Shown one piece after another: positions 1-8,013 of a DNA stretch of 29,737 bases; within the stretch, counting starts at the first letter, position 1; each line of letters starts with the position of its first letter. Source of the DNA: a virus (Duplodnaviria > Heunggongvirae > Uroviricota > Caudoviricetes); the IMG/VR virus record IMGVR_UViG_2541047877_000009; one strand, 5' to 3'. A program made the position numbers and the translations under genes. Under the pieces are notes generated by a model that saw only the letters and a list, made by a program, of their open reading frames with translations, made no database searches and had not been told where the DNA came from.

Positions 1-981
1 TTATAACGTCACTCCGCCTTTTAGTGGATTCAGAGCGACGGCATTTTGCAGATAGTCAGGCGCAAGGTGTGCATAGGCCATCGTCTGCTGAATGCTCGCA
101 TGTCCCAGAATCTGTTGCAGTGCGATTATATTGCCCCCATTCATCATGAAATGGCTTGCGAATGTATGCCGCAGGATGTGGGTTGCCTGATTGGGTGGTA
201 TATCAGGTTTCACTCTGCGTAAAATCCCGCAAAATTTCTCATAATCAACTTTGAATAATTTGGCGCTGGCCTCCTCTTTAACTTTTTTCTCCAGTTCCTC
301 AGAAATCGGCACGGTTCGCTTTTTACCGTTTTTGGTTTTCAGGAAGGTAACCCTGCAATTTGTAATCTGTGCTGGTTTTAGCGTGGCAACTTCCGTCCAT
401 CTTCCTCCAGTGCTCAGACATAAAAGCGCGACAAGTAAGTCATCACCAGCCAAAACATTTAACAGTTTTTCGATTTCTGCTTTTTCCAGGAACGTCATTT
501 CAGGGTTGGCCTCCGCCAGTGGCGGCAGTCCGTGAATTGGGTGTTGCCCGGAAAATTCATCCAATTGAATTAATTTTGTGAACATGCCGGATAATCTGTA
601 CATGTCACGGTTTATCGTTGCGGCACTGATACCATCACGTAGTCGCATGGAACGATAATCCATCAAAGCCCTTTTACTCATCCTGCTCACTGGTATATCA
701 CCTATGCCGCTGATGGTTTTGAGTAGATGATTAAACTCTTTTGTTCCATGCTCGTGGTTTTGCCCGTGATATTTCCACCAGATGTCCAGCAACTCACTCA
801 AAGTCCGGCGGTCTGCTCGCTGGCCTCCCCATTCTTTCTGACTGGCATTGGCGATTGTGTATCGCTCAAATGCTAGTGCTTCAGCTTTTCTTTCGAATTT
901 CCTGCGGATGCGTTTTCCGTCGCGACCGCGAGGTCTAATGTCCACTTCATAGCGACCATCATCGAGCTTCTTAATTGCCAT
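1..981 (-). CDS. int: Tyrosine site-specific integrase (P2 Int-like). ORF track gives 1..1011; the second ATG at 981 is preferred because GGAGGG sits about 7 nt upstream.
   Basis: 336-codon ORF on minus strand; N-terminus MAIKKLDDGRYEVDIRP and C-terminal HxLRHTFASH...Y region typical of P2-family tyrosine recombinases; first gene of the prophage, adjacent to the repressor gene. Confidence 0.9.
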   Translation of the reverse strand: MAIKKLDDGRYEVDIRPRGRDGKRIRRKFERKAEALAFERYTIANASQKEWGGQRADRRTLSELLDIWWKYHGQNHEHGTKEFNHLLKTISGIGDIPVSRMSKRALMDYRSMRLRDGISAATINRDMYRLSGMFTKLIQLDEFSGQHPIHGLPPLAEANPEMTFLEKAEIEKLLNVLAGDDLLVALLCLSTGGRWTEVATLKPAQITNCRVTFLKTKNGKKRTVPISEELEKKVKEEASAKLFKVDYEKFCGILRRVKPDIPPNQATHILRHTFASHFMMNGGNIIALQQILGHASIQQTMAYAHLAPDYLQNAVALNPLKGGVTL

Positions 982-1050
982 AAGAAAGCCCTCCGGCGCT
1001 GTATTCACCATCTTGGTAGCAAATGGTGAAAATGTAATCTTTATATAGAG

Positions 1051-1344
1051 TTAGCCAATCCTTTTCGCGGAGTGGTTGGACTCTGTTGACTCTGGCCCAA
1101 TGTGCGCGAGAGCCGGTGCGATTTGTCCTGCGTCCGGCGCGGTTTTATCTGTCATAAGCCATAGAGCATATTTTTGGAATGTGGGATGCATAGTGATTTT
1201 TAGCAAAGCTGTGCCACCGGGTTCAAAGTTTCCTCCTTCATATTTTTTAAGTGTGCTTAGCGGTAACTCTATGATTTCACAGAATTTTGATTGGCTTAGC
1301 CCTTCAGCCTCACGCAAGGCCTTAATCTTTTCGCTTAATTTCAT
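1051..1344 (-). CDS. C: Immunity repressor, P2 C-like (HTH XRE-type)
   Basis: 97-aa minus-strand ORF, N-terminal HTH (SEKIKALREAEGLSQSKFCEI), C-terminal ...GQIAPALAH... as I recall for P2 C; lies upstream of int on the same strand and divergent from cox. Confidence 0.8.
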   Translation of the reverse strand: MKLSEKIKALREAEGLSQSKFCEIIELPLSTLKKYEGGNFEPGGTALLKITMHPTFQKYALWLMTDKTAPDAGQIAPALAHIGPESTESNHSAKRIG

Positions 1345-1465
1345 TTGACATGGTGCCTATATAGGGACTAAATTCCCTCAAAACTGGAACCTATATAGGT
1401 TCCATTGATTTGAGAATAAACCAGCGTCTAAACGGTTTTGAGTGGTTTAGAAAGAGCTGGATCCT
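1345..1465. promoter_or_regulatory. C/cox lysis-lysogeny switch region (divergent early promoters and operators)
   Basis: 121-bp intergenic region between divergent C and cox. TTGACA at 1345..1350; two copies of the palindromic decamer CCTATATAGG at 1356..1365 and 1390..1399, the second inside a perfect 18-bp palindrome GGAACCTATATAGGTTCC (1386..1403); a further inverted repeat AGGGA-N6-TCCCT at 1363..1378. Confidence 0.5.
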
Positions 1466-1480
1466 ATGAGGGTACCATAT

Positions 1481-1753
1481 ATGGACGCTGAAAATTATGT
1501 GATTCAGTATCCGCTTGATGCGGTTCATGTGGATAAATTTGCTGATTTATTAGGGAAGCCAAAGACAGCCGTCAGTGAAATGGTGAAGGCAAATAAATTA
1601 CCAATTATTGAATTGCGTGATCCTTGCAAACCGAAGGCTCGTGCCGGTGAAAAATGGGTTTTCATTCCTGAGTTTAATCGCGCTGTACGTGAGGCGTTTT
1701 ATAACCGACCGGTTGAACAGCGTGATGCATGGCTTTTGTGGATGGGGTTGTGA
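1481..1753 (+). CDS. cox: Cox-like excisionase / transcriptional switch protein. ORF track start 1466; ATG at 1481 preferred because GAGGG lies 7 nt upstream.
   Basis: About 90 aa; C-terminal ...RDAWLLWMGL resembles the P2 Cox C-terminus as I recall it; first gene of the rightward early operon, opposite C. Confidence 0.75.
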   Translation: MDAENYVIQYPLDAVHVDKFADLLGKPKTAVSEMVKANKLPIIELRDPCKPKARAGEKWVFIPEFNRAVREAFYNRPVEQRDAWLLWMGL

Positions 1754-1755
1754 TT

Positions 1756-1926
1756 ATGAATGAGCCGCGTTGTATTGCTCAGTTATTGCGTAACGAAAGC
1801 CCCAGGGCGATTGACTTCACCATCACCCACGGTAAGGGGCGTAAGGGAATCATTATCCGCACCAAAAAACAGAGTCCGTTAAAGAAGGCTCTGACCTTTC
1901 TGAAAAGCCGGAGGGTCTGGAAATGA
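1756..1926 (+). CDS. Hypothetical early protein (position of P2 orf78)
   Basis: Small ORF whose ATG overlaps the cox stop (TGATTATG), in operon context between cox and B. Start inferred as MNEPRC. Confidence 0.45.
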   Translation: MNEPRCIAQLLRNESPRAIDFTITHGKGRKGIIIRTKKQSPLKKALTFLKSRRVWK

Positions 1927-2423
1927 CAGTGATGACGCTCAATCTCGTCGAAAAACAGCCAGCAGCTATGCGCCGGATAATTGGTAAGCATCTTGCCGTC
2001 CCTCGTTGGCAGGATACATGTGATTATTATAATCAGATGATGGAGCGCGAACGGCTAACAGTTTGCTTTCATGCGCAGTTAAAACAACGTCACGCAACGA
2101 TGCGTTTTGAAGAAATGAACGACGTCGAACGTGAACGGCTGGTTTGTGCAATTGATGAATTGCGTGGGGCATTCTCAAAACGCCGTCAGGTTGGCGCAAG
2201 TGAGTATGCATATATTAGTTTTTTAACAGTCAGTCAGCGTCGTACTTTATTTATGCATGCCGGATTGACTGAAAAAGAATTCAATCAGCCATACTGGCGA
2301 ATTAATGAAGAGTCATGTTACTGGCGTGATGCTTTATTCCGTGCATTACGTGAACTATTCAGCCTGTTTGAGTATGCACCGACAATTCTGACGTCGGTAA
2401 AACCAGAGCAATATCTGCATTAA
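1923..2423 (+). CDS. B: Replication protein B (P2 gpB-like, helicase-loader role)
   Basis: 166-aa ORF, the length I recall for P2 B; GGAGGG SD upstream; position between cox and the orf80-83 cluster. Confidence 0.8.
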   Translation: MTVMTLNLVEKQPAAMRRIIGKHLAVPRWQDTCDYYNQMMERERLTVCFHAQLKQRHATMRFEEMNDVERERLVCAIDELRGAFSKRRQVGASEYAYISFLTVSQRRTLFMHAGLTEKEFNQPYWRINEESCYWRDALFRALRELFSLFEYAPTILTSVKPEQYLH

Positions 2424-2486
2424 GTAATTAACCAGAGTTTTTAACGCACTTAATTGTGCGGGGCTTCTTTTTGCCTGGAGAAAGTC

Positions 2487-2711
2487 ATGCATACAGTTTC
2501 TGAAAATCAGTGCGGTAAATACGCATTACTGCTGCAACAGGCCAGAACCGAAGCACAGGCCGACGCTGCGACGCGTTTTTCTTCTCATCTTGACGCCATG
2601 ATTCGCCACATCACAAAGGCGGAGTTATCCCGTGTGGAGATAGTCGAGCTGCTCAGTCAGGAGTCGGAAAAATTTCACAATATCGGATTGTCTCGCGGGG
2701 AGGTACTTTGA
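2487..2711 (+). CDS. Hypothetical early protein (P2 orf80 position)
   Basis: ORF in the early operon; GGAG SD before ATG at 2487 (ORF track start 2454). Confidence 0.5.
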   Translation: MHTVSENQCGKYALLLQQARTEAQADAATRFSSHLDAMIRHITKAELSRVEIVELLSQESEKFHNIGLSRGEVL

Positions 2712-3013
2712 TGTCCTGTTCTCATTCAGTTGTATTACTGAATAACGCCTTAAAAATCGCCGTTATGGAAAATGGTGATTTGTCTCTTATTCAACTTTGT
2801 CTTGATAAAGAAAAACGCGACATAACTGAATCTGTTATCGCGATTTATCAGAATGAATTAAACCTCCTGTCTGATGTGGTCAATTTACTTGTTAAACGCG
2901 CTGTGTTCCACAAGCAAATCTCCTCCGTGGATGAACTGACGAAATTAACGACAGAAATCGCCAGCTATTGCGCTGATGAATTTAAGAAACTGAACGACAA
3001 ATGGAGCTGGTAA
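2711..3013 (+). CDS. Hypothetical early protein (P2 orf81 position)
   Basis: 100-aa ORF, start overlaps upstream stop (TTGATG), operon context. Confidence 0.5.
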   Translation: MSCSHSVVLLNNALKIAVMENGDLSLIQLCLDKEKRDITESVIAIYQNELNLLSDVVNLLVKRAVFHKQISSVDELTKLTTEIASYCADEFKKLNDKWSW

Positions 3014-3237
3014 TGCCGGACAACGTAGATTTTATTCAGGAACAACAGGCTGAATTACTGGAGCGCCAGATTAACGCGGCAAGGGGGAAACATTGCGGTG
3101 TTTCTGCGCTGGTTTGCGAAGAGTGTGACGCGCCAATACCTGCTGCCCGTCGTGCGGCTTATCCGTCAGCCACGCGTTGTGTTTCCTGTCAGTCAGTCTT
3201 TGAAGCAAAAAACAAGCATTACCGGAGAATGGCATGA
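3013..3237 (+). CDS. TraR/DksA-family C4 zinc-finger protein (P2 orf82 position)
   Basis: Two CxxC pairs (CEECDAP ... CVSCQ) in a roughly 74-aa protein; GGAG SD before ATG at 3013. Confidence 0.65.
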   Translation: MPDNVDFIQEQQAELLERQINAARGKHCGVSALVCEECDAPIPAARRAAYPSATRCVSCQSVFEAKNKHYRRMA

Positions 3238-3509
3238 GTATTCGTATCGAAATTGGCGAACGTTATGTCGTTACCAGTGACAGCTTTCAGTTTATTCTCC
3301 ACGAGAAAAAGAGAGCGGAAAGCGGTAAAAACGCCGGTCAGGAATGGCTGGCGGTGGTTGGTTATTACCCGAAATTAAGCCAGCTCGTTTCCGGCCTGAT
3401 GCATCACGATATTCTGACCGGAAGCGCAAAGTCTTTTGCTGATTTAAACGCGCAGGTTGAGCAACTCAGCAAGCGTTGCTCAGAGGCTTTTGGCTCATAT
3501 GGCCGTTAA
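3234..3509 (+). CDS. Hypothetical early protein (P2 orf83 position)
   Basis: 91-aa ORF with GGAGAA SD; overlaps the start of A. Confidence 0.5.
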   Translation: MSIRIEIGERYVVTSDSFQFILHEKKRAESGKNAGQEWLAVVGYYPKLSQLVSGLMHHDILTGSAKSFADLNAQVEQLSKRCSEAFGSYGR

Positions 3510-5784
3510 AGCCTCCGGGCGTTTTGTCCCTCCGTCAGCATTTGCCGCAGGCACCGGTAAGATGTTTACCGGTGCTTATGCATGGAACGCGCCACGCGAG
3601 GCTGTCGGGCGCGAAAGACCTCTTACACGTGATGAGATGCGTCAGGTGCAAGGTGTTTTATCCACGATTAACCGCCTGCCTTACTTTTTGCGCTCGCTGT
3701 TTACTTCACGCTATGACTACATCAGGCGCAATAAAAGCCCGGTGCACGGGTTTTATTTCCTCACATCCACTTTTCAGCGTCGTTTATGGCCGCGCATTGA
3801 GCGTGTGAATCAGCGCCATGAAATGAACACCGACGCGTCGATGCTGTTTCTGGCTGAGCGTGACCACTATGCGCGCCTGCCGGGAATGAATGACAAGGAG
3901 CTGAAAAAGTTTGCCGCCCGTATCTCATCGCAGCTTTTCATGATGTATGAGGAACTCAGCGATGCCTGGGTGGATGCGCATGGAGAAAAAGAATCGCTGT
4001 TTACGGATGAGGCGCAGGCTCACCTCTATGGTTATATTGCTGGCGCTGCACGTGCTTTCAATATTTCCCCTCTCTACTGGAAAAAATACCGTAAAGGGCA
4101 GATGACCACGAGGCAGGCATATTCTGCCATTGCCCGTCTGTTTAACGATGAGTGGTGGACTCATCAGCTTAAAGGCCAGCGTATGCGCTGGCATGAGGCG
4201 TTACTGATTGCTGTCGGGGAGGTCAATAAAGACCGTTCTCCTTATGCCAGTAAACATGCCATTCGTGATGTACGTGCACGCCGCCAGGCAAATCTGGAAT
4301 TTCTTAAATCGTGTGACCTTGAAAACAGGGAAACAGGCGAGCGCATCGACCTTATCAGTAAGGTGATGGGCAGTATTTCTAATCCTGAAATTCGCCGGAT
4401 GGAGCTGATGAACACCATTGCCGGTATTGAGCGTTACGCCGCCGCAGAGGGTGATGTGGGGATGTTTATCACGCTGACCGCGCCGTCAAAGTATCACCCG
4501 ACACGTCAGGTCAGAAAAGGCGAAAGTAAAACCGTCCAGCTAAATCACGGCTGGAACGATGAGGCATTTAATCCAAAGGATGCGCAGCGTTATCTCTGCC
4601 GTATCTGGAGCCTGATGCGCACGGCATTCAAGGATAATGATTTACAGGCCTACGGTTTGCGTGTCGTCGAGCCACACCACGACGGAACGCCGCACTGGCA
4701 TATGATGCTTTTTTGTAATCCACGCCAGCGTAACCAGATTATTGAAATCATGCGTCGCTACGCGCTCAAAGAGGATGGAGACGAAAGAGGAGCCGCGCGA
4801 AACCGTTTTCAGGCAAAACATCTTAACCGGGGCGGTGCTGCGGGGTATATCGCGAAATACATCTCAAAAAACATCGATGGCTATGCACTGGATGGTCAGC
4901 TCGATAACGATACCGGCAGGCCGCTGAAAGATACTGCTGCGGCTGTTACCGCATGGGCGTCAACGTGGCGCATTCCGCAATTTAAAACGGTTGGTCTGCC
5001 GACAATGGGGGCTTACCGTGAACTACGCAAATTGCCTCGCGGCGTCAGCATTGCTGATGAGTTTGACGAGCGCGTCGAGGCTGCACGCGCCGCTGCAGAC
5101 AGTGGTGATTTTGCGCTGTATATCAGCGCGCAGGGTGGGGCAAATGTTCCGCGCGATTGTCAGACTGTCAGGGTCGCCCGTAGCCCGTCGGATGACGTTA
5201 ACGAGTACGAGGAAGAGGTCGAGAGAGTGGTCGGCATTTACGCGCCGCATCTCGGCGCGCGTCATATTCATATCACCAGAACGACGGACTGGCGCATTGT
5301 GCCGAAAGTTCCGGTCGTTGAGCCTTTGACTTTAAAAAGCGGCATCGCCGCGCCTCGGAGTCCTGTCAATAACTGTGGAAAGCTCACCGGTGGTGATACT
5401 TCGTTACCGGCTCCCACACCTCCTGAACACGCCGCAGCAGTGCTAAATCTGGTTGATGACGGTGTTATCGAATGGAATGACCCGGAGGTCGTGAGGACGC
5501 TCAGGGGTGCATTAAAACACGGCCTGAAAACACCAAATCGTCAGCAAAGAAACGGAAGTCCGTTAAAACCACATGAAATAGCACCGTCGGCCAGACTGAC
5601 CCGGTCGGAACGATTGCAAATTACCCGTATCCGCGTTGACCTTGCTCAGAACGGTATCAGGCCGCAGCGATGGGAGCTTGAGGCGCTGGCGCGTGGCGCG
5701 ACCGTAAATTATGACGGGAAAAAATTCACGTATCCGGTCGCTGATGAGTGGCCGGGATTCTCAACAGTAATGGCGCGGACATAA
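3499..5784 (+). CDS. A: Replication initiation endonuclease gpA (rolling-circle HUH nickase). ORF track start 3457; MAVKASGRF at 3499 preferred.
   Basis: About 761-aa ORF; HUH-type motif HWHMMLF and catalytic tyrosine motif YIAKYISK; N-terminus MAVKASGRFVPPSAF as I recall for P2 A. Confidence 0.9.
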   Translation: MAVKASGRFVPPSAFAAGTGKMFTGAYAWNAPREAVGRERPLTRDEMRQVQGVLSTINRLPYFLRSLFTSRYDYIRRNKSPVHGFYFLTSTFQRRLWPRIERVNQRHEMNTDASMLFLAERDHYARLPGMNDKELKKFAARISSQLFMMYEELSDAWVDAHGEKESLFTDEAQAHLYGYIAGAARAFNISPLYWKKYRKGQMTTRQAYSAIARLFNDEWWTHQLKGQRMRWHEALLIAVGEVNKDRSPYASKHAIRDVRARRQANLEFLKSCDLENRETGERIDLISKVMGSISNPEIRRMELMNTIAGIERYAAAEGDVGMFITLTAPSKYHPTRQVRKGESKTVQLNHGWNDEAFNPKDAQRYLCRIWSLMRTAFKDNDLQAYGLRVVEPHHDGTPHWHMMLFCNPRQRNQIIEIMRRYALKEDGDERGAARNRFQAKHLNRGGAAGYIAKYISKNIDGYALDGQLDNDTGRPLKDTAAAVTAWASTWRIPQFKTVGLPTMGAYRELRKLPRGVSIADEFDERVEAARAAADSGDFALYISAQGGANVPRDCQTVRVARSPSDDVNEYEEEVERVVGIYAPHLGARHIHITRTTDWRIVPKVPVVEPLTLKSGIAAPRSPVNNCGKLTGGDTSLPAPTPPEHAAAVLNLVDDGVIEWNDPEVVRTLRGALKHGLKTPNRQQRNGSPLKPHEIAPSARLTRSERLQITRIRVDLAQNGIRPQRWELEALARGATVNYDGKKFTYPVADEWPGFSTVMART

Positions 5785-6236
5785 TGACAAAGATTCACAA
5801 AGTAAAGCTGCACGCAAAATATTTCGACCTTGTGCTGGAAGGAAAGAAACGCGCAGAGTTTCGGAAAAATGACCGTAATTATGAGCGCGGAGACACGTTG
5901 ATTTTGCATGAATGGGGGCAGGGTGTGTATACGGGGCGAAAGGTTGAAGCCCGGATAACAGATGTTACTGACCTGTCAGACTGGCTGGAAGATTATGTCT
6001 TGCTAAGTATTGAGCTGCTTAATACAGGCGCATATGAGATTGTGAACTGGAAAGAACTTAGTGAGCGTGGTCTGGTATTCAGAATTAATCATGAAATTAT
6101 GCATCAGCTCGGCCTTGCTGTTATGTATGAACCAGAGACGGGGATGTCTGGCGGGGCAATGGTTGCCACGGATGGAGCATGGAACTATTCAGATGAACAG
6201 ATTGAGCGTGCAAAGCAAAACGGGTGGCTTGGATAA
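5784..6236 (+). CDS. DUF3850/ASCH-like (PUA-fold) domain protein with an unassigned roughly 70-aa C-terminal extension
   Basis: ATG overlaps the A stop (TAATG). N-terminus MTKIHKVKLHAKYFDLVLEGKKRAEFRKNDRNYERGDTLILHEW fits the DUF3850/ASCH pattern from recall; first gene of the cargo region. Confidence 0.55.
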   Translation: MTKIHKVKLHAKYFDLVLEGKKRAEFRKNDRNYERGDTLILHEWGQGVYTGRKVEARITDVTDLSDWLEDYVLLSIELLNTGAYEIVNWKELSERGLVFRINHEIMHQLGLAVMYEPETGMSGGAMVATDGAWNYSDEQIERAKQNGWLG

Positions 6237-6439
6237 TGCACAGAATACCAGGCGAGATACCGCAACATAACACTAAAAATATCAAGCTGATGGCTATTGT
6301 TCACCGTCTACAGCAGATTATGGTCAACGAAAATCTGACGCCCGACGAGTTGGTCGGGTGTGCCGAAATAGTCCGGGATAATTACGTGCGGTTTAACGAT
6401 ATAGAACAGTCTAAAATTGCACTGCTACCACGTTGTTGA
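6236..6439 (+). CDS. Small hypothetical protein (cargo region)
   Basis: About 67-aa ORF starting MHRIPGE... immediately after the preceding stop; no recognisable motif; could be spurious. Confidence 0.3.
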   Translation: MHRIPGEIPQHNTKNIKLMAIVHRLQQIMVNENLTPDELVGCAEIVRDNYVRFNDIEQSKIALLPRC

Positions 6440-6765
6440 TAGAAAACCCCAGCAGTACTGAAACATGCTTCCAGTGCTGCTGGAGGGAACAACGAACAGC
6501 GAGAGGTGGTAGTTGGCCATCATTTGAGTATCAGCATATGATTGGATTTATAACGGTTGGAAAGATTAATGTTGGTGAACTAATAAATTACAAATATTCA
6601 CAAGAAGATCTTATGTTACTAACATGAGTTTATGTGTAATATAGCTGTACATACCAATATCCGCTGTACCTTTGTTTTTATTTGGTTTGTCAGGTGTCAC
6701 AGGTATGGTTGGCGTATGAGAATGGTTTATTTAAATTAAATATTGATTAAGGTTGAAAGAATGTC

Positions 6766-7662
6766 ATGAATAAAAGTAAAGCAATCTCAAGAATAGAGAG
6801 AGTGTTGAGAAGATTAAAGGATGGGAGTTTCACTGATAGTGATATTGATGTTCTTTTTGTTACGGCCCGTGAGTTGCCGAGTGCGCCCAAGTGTATTTTT
6901 GAAATTGGGAGTTTTGTTGCCCATAATCATCGGAGAGATCAAGGCGAGATAAAGGATATCATGCTGAGGAATCATTTGTTATTAAGTTTAAAATTTGGAC
7001 GCGATAAGCATGCTGTTAAACCAGAGTTAAATGAATACCCGAAATACTTACCTACATTAATCAGACTGCAATTAAGAATGTTCAGTGATGAGTTTTTAAA
7101 GGAGAAGTTAAACTTAAAGGGGGGGCAGGTAATTACAGCGAGGAAGAAGCTTAATAACAAGAAATCGTATATTGTTAATGATGGTGTTTGTAAGTTAACA
7201 CCAGAAATTGGTTCCAATGAAGGGCGAATGATTAATGAAGCTTTGTCGTTACTCAATTGTTCTGACGCAATTAAGTTCGACTCTTTATTTAATGAGCTGA
7301 AAATATTGCTTCGGAAGGAGATTTCAGGGGTGGACTTGATGCCGCTTGATAATAACAGGAGAGCAATAGCAGGCATCTTACTGTGTTTGTTGAATAATAT
7401 TGATTTTTCTCTGATGCCTGAAGTCAAAGCAAAAACAGTCCTTAGTCTTAATGATGCAGATAAATCTGCAAATGTTTATGGTCAATATTATATAACACAT
7501 GAAAAAGAGCCATTCACCGACGTGGCTATCATGAGCCCAGTGTTTCAGTCGGGGTATGATGTTAGTGACCTTTTTGATGAGCATGTGACAAATGAAAATA
7601 TCGTAAATGGGGATGTCGAATTTAGTTTTGATTTGGGGAAAATAGTTGTGTCGAAATCATAG
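6766..7662 (+). CDS. AT-rich hypothetical protein, 298 aa, in the P2 accessory hotspot between A and cos; candidate accessory or anti-phage gene of unknown mechanism
   Basis: Long uninterrupted ORF in sequence that is visibly AT-rich by eye compared with flanking phage genes (not computed); preceded by a 330-bp AT-rich non-coding stretch; occupies the locus where P2 carries tin/old; no Walker A, HUH or other motif found by eye. Confidence 0.75.
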   Translation: MNKSKAISRIERVLRRLKDGSFTDSDIDVLFVTARELPSAPKCIFEIGSFVAHNHRRDQGEIKDIMLRNHLLLSLKFGRDKHAVKPELNEYPKYLPTLIRLQLRMFSDEFLKEKLNLKGGQVITARKKLNNKKSYIVNDGVCKLTPEIGSNEGRMINEALSLLNCSDAIKFDSLFNELKILLRKEISGVDLMPLDNNRRAIAGILLCLLNNIDFSLMPEVKAKTVLSLNDADKSANVYGQYYITHEKEPFTDVAIMSPVFQSGYDVSDLFDEHVTNENIVNGDVEFSFDLGKIVVSKS

Positions 7663-7825
7663 TTTAGACCCAAACGAGCACGTTCCTAATTTCCGTTCAA
7701 TACATGCATTTAGTGCATGATTTTGCATGCGGCAGCGATCGTTTTTTATTGTTTATAATCGCCTGTATTGACGATGTTTTGATGTGTTATTGCAACTGCA
7801 TTAAAAGCGCTCCATGAAGCGGGCG

Positions 7826-7844
7826 GGCGAGGCGGGGAAAGCAC
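7826..7844. other. cos: cos site: 19-nt cohesive-end sequence GGCGAGGCGGGGAAAGCAC
   Basis: Exact match to the P2/P4 cohesive-end sequence as I recall it, located in the expected position between the accessory locus and the 3' end of Q. Confidence 0.6.
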
Positions 7845-7985
7845 TGCGCGCTGGCGGTGGTGCTGATTTTATTTTTTCAGCGTCTGAGCGCGTCGTGATG
7901 GCGTTTAGATTGTTAGCCGGGGCGTTGGTGTGTCTGCGGGCTATTTTGTGCGGTGGTGAGCGTGTGAGGGCGTGATGGCGGGTTG

Positions 7986-8008
7986 TAAAAAAGCCGCCCG
8001 CAGGCGGC
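7986..8008 (-). terminator. Rho-independent terminator downstream of Q (minus strand)
   Basis: On the minus strand: perfect 6-bp GC stem GCCGCC/GGCGGC (7993..7998 / 8003..8008) with 4-nt loop, followed by a U-run (plus-strand TAAAAAA at 7986..7992), immediately after the Q stop at 8014. Confidence 0.55.
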
Positions 8009-8013
8009 GATAT

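Noticed and set aside
3476-3808. 110-aa plus-strand ORF overlapping the start of A in another frame
   Set aside because: Entirely inside the A coding region; the A frame carries the replication-initiator motifs.
6433-6627. 64-aa plus-strand ORF (MLIENPSS...)
   Set aside because: No SD-like sequence, starts within the hairpin region, and runs into AT-rich presumably non-coding DNA; treated as probably spurious.
6972-7427. 151-aa minus-strand ORF inside the AT-rich 298-aa gene
   Set aside because: Fully antisense to the longer plus-strand ORF, which has clearer upstream context; its low-complexity Leu/Ser/Phe-rich translation looks like an AT-rich shadow frame.
7700-7760. Possible terminator after the 298-aa gene (TGCAT-containing short inverted repeats and a T-run at about 7748..7756)
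   Set aside because: The stems are only about 5 bp and the T-run is separated from them by about 10 nt; too weak to call an intrinsic terminator.
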